Virus record (IMG/VR): IMGVR_UViG_3300012913_000002
Span: 1-60,874 of that record
DNA length: 60,874 bases
Direction: 5' to 3' (one strand)
Origin: a virus
Lineage: Duplodnaviria > Caudoviricetes
A program made the translations under genes and the position numbers. The notes beneath the pieces were generated by a model that was not told where the DNA came from, ran no database searches, and was given only the letters and a program-made list of their open reading frames with translations. Each line of letters opens with the position of its first letter. The stretch's first letter is position 1. Of this stretch, positions 8,326 through 16,795 are shown one piece after another.

Positions 8326-10994
8326 TGATGGGAAAGCCCAAGAAGACGGCGCTGCCTCGCACCACCGTGCTGGCATCGAACAGCAAGGAGATGGTCCGCA
8401 ATCTGATCCTGCGCAAGGACGGGACGGTCATCGCTGGCTACCGGATCGGTGACTCCCGCTGGGATTTCACCGGCAAGGACGCGAAGACGCTGGGGATCAC
8501 CCAGAGCGCCGACGTGTACGCCAACCTGACGGGCCGCGAGTTCGAGGAGCGGGTCTCCACCCGGCCGCACCCGGTGCAGACATGGGCGGCCAACCTGGAC
8601 GCCCGCACGCCGCGTCCGGCTCCGGACATGCACACCTGCGACCTGAGCATGAGCAAGGGCGACCTGCTCAACGGCAAGTGCGGCTGCGAGACGTGGGGCG
8701 CGCACCTGCTGCGGATGCAGGACCGGATCGCCCGGACCGGCATGGACGACAAGATCACCTTCCGCTACTTCTCGCTGAAGGCCCAGATGAACCCCCGGGC
8801 CGACCTGCACAAGCAGGTGAACGAGTACCTCGCCAACGGCAAGGCGTCCAAGGCGCTTCAGGCCGTGATCGAGGACGAGAAGCGCGTGCAGGACGTGGTG
8901 AAGGACTGGCCGGGCTCTCGCCGGATGAGCGAGTACGAGCAGGGCTGGCTGCGGGTGCGCTCGCTGTCGCCCGGCGTCCAGCCGACCGGCGTGCGCGCTG
9001 TCGGCCGCAACGGCTGGGACGAGATGGCCCTGCCGTCGCTGGGCAGCGACACCCGCTGGGAGGAGACGCCTTTCGGGCGGACCGTCAAGGTCACCTCCTT
9101 CAACGAGGGCAGGCAGACCGAGACCGCCGTGCGTGTGCTGTCACTGGCCCGCTGCGGCGACCTGCACTACCCGGAGAACGGGTTGCCGCCGTGGCAGGTG
9201 CTGTCCGAGTCGGCCGTCGACTCCAACGGCGTGCCCTTCTCCGTCGAATGGTCCATCAAGGGAAGGCTTCTCAGCGGCGAGGAACTGACCGCTCAGGTGG
9301 AGTTCGAGTTGCGCCGGGCTCAGTACATCCGGCGCGACTACGAGGAGCATGAGGAACTCCCCCCCACCGCCGTCGACAAGGCGATCGAGGTGGCCACCAA
9401 CACCCGCGACCAGGTGACGACCGGCCAGCAGGCCGACGCCGCCCGGTTCCTGGGCCAGGTGAACGTGATCATCACCGGTCAGGCGACGGCATCGCTCACC
9501 GCTGAGCAGGTGGTGGAGGAGCGCTGCGCCGCCTTCATCCGGATGTACGCGGGCAACGGTCTGCGGATGGACTTCGCCGGGGCCGACAGCCAGTCGTTCA
9601 TGCTGACCAGCACCGTGCCGGGCGAGCCTTACGACACGGTCGGCTACCAGCGCCGCCTGCGGCTGCCGTACCTGGCGGCCGGGATGCCCAGCGTCACCAG
9701 CAGTGTCGGCGACCAGCGTGGCCCGTACCTTGGTCACACCTCCGGTGCCAGCCGTCGTCCGGTGATGCATGACCCGCACTACGCCACCGAGGGCAAGAAG
9801 ACCGGCCGCGACGTCAACATGCACATCGCTGTCGGCACGCTCGGGTCCGGCAAGTCGGTCCTGTTCGGCTCGGTCTCCTACAACGCCGCACGCCGGGGCA
9901 TCAGAACGATCATCTCCGACCCGTCCGGTCCGCTGGCTGATCTGACGAAAATGCCTGAACTGGAAGGAGTCTCGCAGGAGATCAACCTGCTGAACGGTCG
10001 CAAGGGCATCCTGAGCCCGGCCAGTCTCATCCCCAACCCGGTTCGCGCCGACTACGAGGACGAGCAGGGCGGCTGGGCCGACGCCATCGAGCAGGTGCGG
10101 GCCGAGCGCCGGGAACTGACGATCGACATGGCCCTGCGCTGCCTGCCCGAAGACCTGGTGGCCGAAGGCAGCACCAACGCCGCCCGCACTCGCAACGTGC
10201 TGCGGCTGGCGGGTCGCCGCCACGGTGAACTGGCCAGTTGGGAGACCAGCACCACGTTCTGGGACCTGATCGAGCACCTGAAGACCTTGAAGGACGAGCA
10301 CGCCGACGCGGTGGCCGGTGCACTGGTGGACGCCAGCACTGCGCCGCTGCTGCGGCTGCTGTTCCCGGTGCCGGGCACCGAGGTCGCTACCGGCCACTAC
10401 GACAAGACCCTCACCGTGATCACCACCCCGGGGATCACGCGGGCTGTCGACGGCACGCCGCGCGCCGACTGGAACCCCACCGAGATCGGTGCCGACGCAG
10501 TGCTGCGGCTGACCGGCATGTTCACCAACCGGCTGATCTACTCGAAGGAGCGTGGCGAGCGCTGCGTGGCGATGTTCGACGAGGCTGAGTCGCTGACCGA
10601 CTTCGGGCCGGGCCGCTCCATGTTCTCGCGGCTGGGCCGGGACCACTCGAAGTGGAACATCGGTGTCTACATGGCCGTGAAACACATCAACTCGCAGATG
10701 CTTTCGGGTGAATTGAAGAACTTTCTCGCGTCGGTGTTCGTCGGCAAGATGGCCAAGGCCGAACCGGCGTACGACGCGCTGAAGTTGCTGGGCCTCAACG
10801 ACGAGCGGTACGTGAAGACCCTGCTGGCCCTGTCGGCGCACACTCCCGGCGAGTTCGTGCACGCCGACGTGGACGGCCGGATCGGTTCCCTGCGGGTCGA
10901 CGTGGACTACCACCCGGCCCTGAAGGCTGTCCTGCTGACCGACCCGACCCCTGAGGGCTCCAGCCACTGGGCTCTCGAAGAGGAGAGCATCTGA
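8325..10994 (+). CDS. virB4: VirB4-like conjugative transfer ATPase (AAA_10 type)
   Basis: 889 aa; Walker A GTLGSGKS past mid-protein, IISDPSGPL, Walker B VAMFDEAE, RDHSKWN and a C-terminal GEF..DVDGRIG, as in actinobacterial VirB4/ConE-like proteins. Confidence 0.8.
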   Translation: MMGKPKKTALPRTTVLASNSKEMVRNLILRKDGTVIAGYRIGDSRWDFTGKDAKTLGITQSADVYANLTGREFEERVSTRPHPVQTWAANLDARTPRPAPDMHTCDLSMSKGDLLNGKCGCETWGAHLLRMQDRIARTGMDDKITFRYFSLKAQMNPRADLHKQVNEYLANGKASKALQAVIEDEKRVQDVVKDWPGSRRMSEYEQGWLRVRSLSPGVQPTGVRAVGRNGWDEMALPSLGSDTRWEETPFGRTVKVTSFNEGRQTETAVRVLSLARCGDLHYPENGLPPWQVLSESAVDSNGVPFSVEWSIKGRLLSGEELTAQVEFELRRAQYIRRDYEEHEELPPTAVDKAIEVATNTRDQVTTGQQADAARFLGQVNVIITGQATASLTAEQVVEERCAAFIRMYAGNGLRMDFAGADSQSFMLTSTVPGEPYDTVGYQRRLRLPYLAAGMPSVTSSVGDQRGPYLGHTSGASRRPVMHDPHYATEGKKTGRDVNMHIAVGTLGSGKSVLFGSVSYNAARRGIRTIISDPSGPLADLTKMPELEGVSQEINLLNGRKGILSPASLIPNPVRADYEDEQGGWADAIEQVRAERRELTIDMALRCLPEDLVAEGSTNAARTRNVLRLAGRRHGELASWETSTTFWDLIEHLKTLKDEHADAVAGALVDASTAPLLRLLFPVPGTEVATGHYDKTLTVITTPGITRAVDGTPRADWNPTEIGADAVLRLTGMFTNRLIYSKERGERCVAMFDEAESLTDFGPGRSMFSRLGRDHSKWNIGVYMAVKHINSQMLSGELKNFLASVFVGKMAKAEPAYDALKLLGLNDERYVKTLLALSAHTPGEFVHADVDGRIGSLRVDVDYHPALKAVLLTDPTPEGSSHWALEEESI

Positions 10995-12781
10995 TGGCCA
11001 AGCACAAGGGGAACGCCCCTCGTTATGCGGCGCTGGTTCTGGTTCTTGTCCTGGCCGGGCTCCTGATCGGCATCTCCTTCGCCAGCCAGGCCAAGGCTGC
11101 CGCGCCGGAGGCTGGGAACATCCCCGGCGTCGAACTGTGTGACCCGGATGCGCCTTTCGCGCTGACTCCGGAGTCGGGTGTGGCTGGCCTGCTGGGTGAG
11201 CGGCCGAAGAAGATCACCACGGACAACAGCCCGGATCACATCTGGTCCACCGGGGGATTCGCGGGCCTGAAGTCGTACACCTACGACCTCGGCTGCAACC
11301 CGAAGGACTGGTTCCGGAACGCGAACGCCAATGGCGGGTCGGCATTCTCGAACCTGGTGATGTCGACCGGTGACGCGATGGTGTCGCTGGCGGACTCCAC
11401 CGACCGGCGTGCCTGGTCGCCGACCTGGGTGCTGTCGTTCCTGGACGACTTCGCCGAGCGGGCGATGGGGATGTCGAACACCCTGCTGATCGTGCCTTAC
11501 CTGGGGATCTCGCTGGCGGCTGTGACGATCCTGATGCTGCTGCGGGCGAAGGAGGGGGACATCAGCGCCCAGGCCAAGAGCACCGGCTGGATCATGGTGG
11601 TGCTGATGATCACCTCTGGCCTGCTGCTGTTCCCGATGATCACGGCCAAGGCTGGCAACCGGGTCGGCTACGAGTCGGTTGCGGTACTGAACGGCGGCGA
11701 CAACCCCTCGGACGCCATCACCAACCAGGTGGTGAAGAACGTCCAGTACCAGGGGTGGCTGCGGCGCAACTTCGGTGACGACACCGTCGCTGCCGAGAAG
11801 TACGGCCCGGCGCTGCTTTCCACGATCCGTGTCTCCTGGGCCGAGATGGACGCCATCGAGAAGAAACCGAAGAAGGATCGGGCGAAGGCTCGCGCTGCCC
11901 TGACGAACAAGAAGTCCGACCAGTTCAAGGGCATCGCCGCCGAGATCAAGAAGAACCACAAGAACGCCTACCGGCACCTGACCGGCGAGATCCAGGTGGG
12001 GCCGGTCGAGACCATCGTCGAGACGCTGTTCGTGGCGATGGCCTGCGTCCTGCGGATCGCCATCTCGATCCTCATGATCGCCTGTGTGATCAGCCTGACG
12101 ACCCTGGCGATCTTCTGGGTGGTGCTGACCCCGGTGCTGATCCTGCCGGAGACGAAGCGGTTCTCCGGTCAGCGGGTCGGCATGGGCCTGGTCAGTAACA
12201 GTTTCCTCACCGTGCGGTACGTGCTCGAAGCAGCCGTTGGCTCCTGGTTTTTCGGTCTGTACCTCCAGGCGTGCATGGCTCCGGGCCTGAACCTGTGGTG
12301 GTCGCTGCTGCTGCTGGTGCTCGGCACCATCGTGGCATGGCTGACGATCGCACCGTTCAAGAAACTGAAGTCGATCCTCAGTCTCGGCCGCGCGGACGGC
12401 ACCTCGTACATGGCCAAGGTCGCCAAGATGGCGATGGCCACCTACGCACCGATGGTGAGCGGTGCCGTCGCGGCCTGGCGGGTCAACAAGCACACCGACG
12501 ACAAGGCGGAGGAGGCCGAGGAGAAGTTGTCCGAGAACCGGCCGCAACCGCAGATCGTCGAGGCGAAGATCTTCAACCCCGGCGAAAGCCCGGACATGTG
12601 GTCGCACACCGAGCACCACCCCTTCGCCGACCGGGTGCTGCCTACGGGCGGGCCGCAGCCGTTGCCCGCCCGGCCGCTGTACCAGCGGGGCGACTCGGCA
12701 CCGCCTCCCCCGGAAGACCGCAAGGAAAGCCCTTACCAGCCCTATGAGCGCACTGACGACAACGAAGGAGCCCGGACATGA
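10994..12781 (+). CDS. VirB6/TcpH-like polytopic membrane protein
   Basis: Signal/TM N-terminus, extracytoplasmic region, about 6-7 TM segments, Pro-rich cytoplasmic tail; coupled to the virB4 stop. Confidence 0.65.
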   Translation: MAKHKGNAPRYAALVLVLVLAGLLIGISFASQAKAAAPEAGNIPGVELCDPDAPFALTPESGVAGLLGERPKKITTDNSPDHIWSTGGFAGLKSYTYDLGCNPKDWFRNANANGGSAFSNLVMSTGDAMVSLADSTDRRAWSPTWVLSFLDDFAERAMGMSNTLLIVPYLGISLAAVTILMLLRAKEGDISAQAKSTGWIMVVLMITSGLLLFPMITAKAGNRVGYESVAVLNGGDNPSDAITNQVVKNVQYQGWLRRNFGDDTVAAEKYGPALLSTIRVSWAEMDAIEKKPKKDRAKARAALTNKKSDQFKGIAAEIKKNHKNAYRHLTGEIQVGPVETIVETLFVAMACVLRIAISILMIACVISLTTLAIFWVVLTPVLILPETKRFSGQRVGMGLVSNSFLTVRYVLEAAVGSWFFGLYLQACMAPGLNLWWSLLLLVLGTIVAWLTIAPFKKLKSILSLGRADGTSYMAKVAKMAMATYAPMVSGAVAAWRVNKHTDDKAEEAEEKLSENRPQPQIVEAKIFNPGESPDMWSHTEHHPFADRVLPTGGPQPLPARPLYQRGDSAPPPPEDRKESPYQPYERTDDNEGART

Positions 12782-13284
12782 AGGAATGGATCTTCGACAG
12801 CCCGGAGAGGATGAAACTGGTGGCCATCGGGCTGGCAGTGCTGTCCGTGGTGCTGATGGTCGCCCTGACCCTGAACCGGGTGGCCGGAAGCGGCGGCGGG
12901 CGGGACATGGCTCCGGCCCCGGTGGTGTCCGACGAGCCGTACACCGGCCCCACGGACCTTGTGCCGCCGTCTCCGGCCCCGGAAGGAGCCTCCCCTACTC
13001 CTGACTACGGCAGCAGCGCCGGGATCGCCCTGGAGGCCGTCAACGCCTTCCTGCTGAACGACAGCACCCGGTTCGCCGAACTGGCACAGCCGGAAGCGGT
13101 CGAGGGAATCAACGAGGCACCGGCCCGGCCAGCAGGGCAGGAAGTCACCGGCCGGGTCAAGACCCTGCTGCCCGGCCCCACCCGTCAGCAGGTGCTGGTG
13201 CCCACCACGGACGGCGACCTGGTGCTGGACATGGTGGTCATCGACGGCGCGTGGAAGGTCATGAGCATCGAGTACGCACGATGA
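12778..13284 (+). CDS. VirB8/TcpC-like bitopic membrane protein
   Basis: Single TM, Pro-rich linker, NTF2-like C-terminus ending ...DGAWKVMSIEY. Confidence 0.5.
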   Translation: MKEWIFDSPERMKLVAIGLAVLSVVLMVALTLNRVAGSGGGRDMAPAPVVSDEPYTGPTDLVPPSPAPEGASPTPDYGSSAGIALEAVNAFLLNDSTRFAELAQPEAVEGINEAPARPAGQEVTGRVKTLLPGPTRQQVLVPTTDGDLVLDMVVIDGAWKVMSIEYAR

Positions 13285-13463
13285 GCGGCCGGATGATCGC
13301 CAGCGCGATCTTCTACCTGGTGCTCGGCGTCATCATGCTCGTCCGGTCGGCAATCCTGCTCGTGGAGCCGGGTTTTCAGATCGACTCCACCCTGCTCGTC
13401 ATGGCTGGTTGCTCCTGGTTCCTCTGGGGAATCCACTTGATGATCAAGGAGATCACCCGATGA
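13281..13463 (+). CDS. Small two-TM membrane protein
   Basis: ATGA overlap with the previous stop; hydrophobic, 60 aa. Confidence 0.5.
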   Translation: MSGRMIASAIFYLVLGVIMLVRSAILLVEPGFQIDSTLLVMAGCSWFLWGIHLMIKEITR

Positions 13464-13549
13464 GCGCGGCCGAATGGACAGTCGTCATCATCTCCTCAGC
13501 CATCGGGGTGCTCATCGTCCTGATCTACGACAAGGCGGTCCGCCGATGA
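13460..13549 (+). CDS. 29-aa single-TM peptide (MSAAEWTVVIISSAIGVLIVLIYDKAVRR)
   Basis: ATGA overlaps at both ends; below the ORF-track length cutoff. Confidence 0.5.
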   Translation: MSAAEWTVVIISSAIGVLIVLIYDKAVRR

Positions 13550-14532
13550 ACAACGCGGGCAAGGTCGCAGGGGCATTCGCAGCAGTGGCCGGGCTCGCGG
13601 CGGCACCGCTGATGCTGATGTCCGTGCTCTACTCCGGCCCTCCGCAGGCCAGCCTGGACGCTGAACTGACGCAGTGCACCGTCTCCGCCGTCATCAAGCC
13701 AGCCGGAGCGCTTCTGGGGGCCAAGGACATCGGCGCGCTGGCCTACAACACCGGCTGGCGTGGCGAGGACGTGGACATCGCGGTGGCTGTCGCGCGGGCG
13801 GAGTCCGGCTGGAACCCCAGGGCCACCAACAAGAACAGCAACGGCTCCGTGGACTACGGCCTGTTCCAGATCAACTCGATCCACGCAGCGATCCTGGCCG
13901 GTGGCAACTGGGCCGACCCGGAGGACAACGCGAAGATGGCCTTCAAGGTCTGGGAGGACGCGGGCGGCAAGTGGGGACCGTGGGTCACCTACTGGTCCGG
14001 CACGTACAAGAAATTCCTGAAGGAAGACGTGGTTTCGCCGACGTGCCGCCAGCCGATCGCACCGATCGAGGCGAAAGGTGCCTGCGGGCCGGTGAAGAAG
14101 GGCTACCCGAACGGGCAGATCCCCCGCTCGGCCCTCTGCTCGCTGTGGGCCAACCGCAACCACTACCTCCGAGGGGATGCGGCGGCGAAGTTCGACGCGC
14201 TGTCGAAGGCCTTCGCGGCCGAATTCGGTGTGGCACCATGCATGACCGACTCCTACCGCTCGTACGCCGCTCAGGTGGACGTGCGACGGAGGAAGGGGCC
14301 GGGTATGACCGCCGACCCCGGCACCAGCAACCACGGATGGGGGATGGCCCTGGACCTGTGCGCTCCTGGCACCCAGGACAATCCGAAGCCGTGGCCGGGC
14401 TCTGAGCGGTATGAGGTGTGGATGTACCAGAATTTCGACAAGTATGGCTGGACTCATCCAAAATGGGCCAGGACTGGCGGATCTCGCCCCGAGCGGTGGC
14501 ACTACGAGTGCAACTCGTGTGGTGCGAAGTGA
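13546..14532 (+). CDS. Bifunctional cell-wall hydrolase: SLT lytic transglycosylase + M15 (VanY-like) peptidase; VirB1/CwlT analogue
   Basis: N-terminal TM; AVARAESGWNPRATN...DYGLFQINS (SLT); DSYRSY..Q, PGTSNHGWGMALD, ERWHYE (M15). Confidence 0.85.
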   Translation: MNNAGKVAGAFAAVAGLAAAPLMLMSVLYSGPPQASLDAELTQCTVSAVIKPAGALLGAKDIGALAYNTGWRGEDVDIAVAVARAESGWNPRATNKNSNGSVDYGLFQINSIHAAILAGGNWADPEDNAKMAFKVWEDAGGKWGPWVTYWSGTYKKFLKEDVVSPTCRQPIAPIEAKGACGPVKKGYPNGQIPRSALCSLWANRNHYLRGDAAAKFDALSKAFAAEFGVAPCMTDSYRSYAAQVDVRRRKGPGMTADPGTSNHGWGMALDLCAPGTQDNPKPWPGSERYEVWMYQNFDKYGWTHPKWARTGGSRPERWHYECNSCGAK

Positions 14533-14771
14533 ATCCTTATGATGCTCTCGGGGTGGCGGCCTTCCGGGAACTGCGAGCGCAAGACGAACTGAAGGCCGCC
14601 AGGAAGGCCAAGCAGGAGGCTCTGCGGGCACTGCACGCCACCGGCATCCCGAAGTGCAAGGTCGGATCGCTGGCCCGGGACGACCTGGCGATGCACGGCT
14701 TCGGGCCGGAACTGATCGCCCGGCTGGCGCTCTCGGATGCCAGTGTCAGGCTGGTGCTCGACCAGAAGTAA
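14529..14771 (+). CDS. Hypothetical protein, last gene of the operon (possibly DNA-binding)
   Basis: GTGA overlap with the hydrolase stop; helical 80 aa. Confidence 0.5.
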   Translation: MNPYDALGVAAFRELRAQDELKAARKAKQEALRALHATGIPKCKVGSLARDDLAMHGFGPELIARLALSDASVRLVLDQK

Positions 14772-14773
14772 AG

Positions 14774-14807
14774 GAACGGCCCCCACCAGATCTGGTGGGG
14801 GCCGTTC
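14774..14807. terminator. Perfect 34-bp palindrome, bidirectional terminator between convergent genes
   Basis: GAACGGCCCCCACCAGATCTGGTGGGGGCCGTTC. Confidence 0.75.
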
Positions 14808-14809
14808 TG

Positions 14810-15947
14810 TCATTTCCTCGCAGGCTGGCTGGTGAGGTGGAACCAGGGACAGAAGTCGCAGCGGTAGTACCTGATCGGGATCGGCTCGTCCGGGTCATTC
14901 TTGGCGTTGGAGCGGATCTTTCCCAGTGCGTACGCCGCCCGGATCTCGTTCCGGAAGGACTTCTTACCTGTGGCCTTACAGCGTTTCATAGTCGGGGTCG
15001 TGGACGTGCGGCTCGTAGAAGTCAGCCGTCTTGTGCTCCGGGGCGTGCAGATCGGCGTGATCCTTCTCCAGCCCGGCCAGTGACTGCTCGTCGCTGGTGG
15101 TGCCGTGGAAGATCCGCAGGTGAGCCAGCAGGCTGCCAGGGTCCGGGAACGAGACCGGCGTCTTCCAGGGAGCATTCTTGTTCGCCCCCTGCTTGCCGAC
15201 CTCAATCCCGCCGAACTTCGTGGCAATCAGCCCTTGAGCCACAGCCATCTCCACGTTCGGGTCCTGTTGCGGTGCGGGCGGTTCGGGCCTGCTGACCACC
15301 TTCACCGGCCCGGTACGCTCGCCGGTCCATTCTCCCTTGCCGGGGGAGGAGATGGTGAACAACGGGGGAGCGGCCTTCAGTACCGTCCAGGCCCGGCCAG
15401 TCTTGTCCTCCACCACCCAGCGCTTGCGGACCTCACTCCAGACGCTCCAGTCACTCCAGTCAGCCACCACGAGGCACCTCGAATTCGACCCGGATGCCCA
15501 GTCCTGCAAGGTCTTCCAGGTACTTGTCGTCGGGCTGGTTGTGGATCTCGCCGAAGGTGTTGCGCAGTTCCTGGATCGCCCGCTTGCGGTTCTCCCATTC
15601 GGTCGGCACGCGGAACTTCGACCGGCCACCGTAACGGCGGCCCGCCGACGCGGGCATGTTCACGATCATCTTGATGGTCATCAGATCGCCACCATCACCG
15701 GGTAGGAATTCTCGTGATAGGGGTCAGGGACGACCAGCCAGAAGCCGGTGGCGTCCGAGCGGACCTCGTTCTGCTTGCCCGCATCCCAGGCGGCCTTGAC
15801 CGCGTCGATGCAGGTCGGCCCGTGCCGCCAGTAGTCGCTCATGTCGAGCGCGACTTCGTACTTCCACTTGCCACTGAAGCCTTCCGACTCCGGCCTGCGC
15901 ACGAACAGAAGTCCACGCACAAGGCCGTCATTGACGGCGTATCCCAT
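14810..15947 (-). CDS. Operon of four small hypothetical ORFs (14810-14989 Zn-finger 'YRCDFCPWFHLTS', 14976-15467, 15460-15681, 15681-15947)
   Basis: Overlapping start/stop junctions; GAGGGAGG RBS before 15947. Confidence 0.55.
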
Positions 15948-16055
15948 AGTGCCTCCCTCGTCAGTTGTCGATGAGGCATAGGATACTTGACAAGCGCTCA
16001 ACAAGTCAACATAATGGAGCGGTCAAGCACCAATAAACAGCCCCTGGAGGACATC

Positions 16056-16313
16056 ATGGCCCGTGAAGCCAAGTACACCCATCAGCACGCCGTCGTGGCC
16101 ACGAAGAACTCCTTCGACCTGGTTGTGGCGGTCAGCACCAAGGCCAAGTGCGACAAGGCACCCGTCGTGCGGGCGGCCCTGGATCTCCTGTTCGACCTGG
16201 ACGACGGCGAACTGAAGCCCGGCGACACCTTCGAGGCCGCCGTGGACCGGGCCATCGCCCGGATGGCCGAGCAGGGTGTCACGGTCCGGCTCGCACCCGA
16301 AGCCGCCGTCTAG
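16056..16313 (+). CDS. Ribbon-helix-helix-like DNA-binding regulator
   Basis: 85 aa; beta strand (HAVVAT), helix, then 'KAPVVRAALDLLF' helix; GGAGG RBS; TTGACA(15987)-17-CATAAT promoter. Confidence 0.5.
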   Translation: MAREAKYTHQHAVVATKNSFDLVVAVSTKAKCDKAPVVRAALDLLFDLDDGELKPGDTFEAAVDRAIARMAEQGVTVRLAPEAAV

Positions 16314-16348
16314 AGACCCGCCCGATCCCACCACGATCGGGCGGGTCT
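16314..16348 (+). terminator. Terminator-like hairpin
   Basis: AGACCCGCCCGATC-7 nt-GATCGGGCGGGTCT. Confidence 0.7.
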
Positions 16349-16559
16349 TCGGCGTAGAGTCGAAAGCCCATCCGAAAACGGACGGCCCCATGTCGCGCTG
16401 CTGGGGAGCGATGCGACTGGGGCCATCGGCGTCCTGGAGAGAACCTTGAATCAGATCCTATCAGCGACCCCAGATGTAGTGGTAACTACGCCTGAGCACC
16501 ACAACGAGAGAGCGCTCTCCGACGTCCACTGGACCGGTACAGAAGGCGATCCCGGCCAC

Positions 16560-16790
16560 CGTCACACCCTGCGTCACAAGATCATTTCGGAAGGCCCGGA
16601 TCGGGTAAATCTACGGAGAGTGAGAAAGATCTTGAAAATCTCACGCGAGCCTCTGACCTGGGGTGTCACACCTGTCACAGCCTTCAAATTCAGCCCACGT
16701 GAGGAAACTGAAAAAAAACTGAGTAAGTTTGCTGTGACACCTGTGACAGCAACTCTCCGTAGTCAGTTGAACTAGGTCAAATCGGACACC
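16560..16790. other. Putative replication origin A: paired TGTCACA iterons inverted around an A/T-rich core
   Basis: GGGTGTCACACCTGTCACAGC (16661), A8-containing core, GCTGTGACACCTGTGACAGC (to 16750); non-coding, immediately upstream of the primase-helicase. Confidence 0.65.
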
Positions 16791-16795
16791 TGGAG

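Noticed and set aside
9141-12619. Long antisense ORFs (608 aa and 570 aa) and similar shadows opposite the primase and vWA genes
   Set aside because: These are typical high-GC shadow frames opposite well-supported genes, with no recognisable motifs.
16446-16775. 109-aa ORF in the origin region
   Set aside because: It has a TTG start without a clear RBS and atypical codon use, and its repeated 'VTPVT' peptides merely reflect the iterons.
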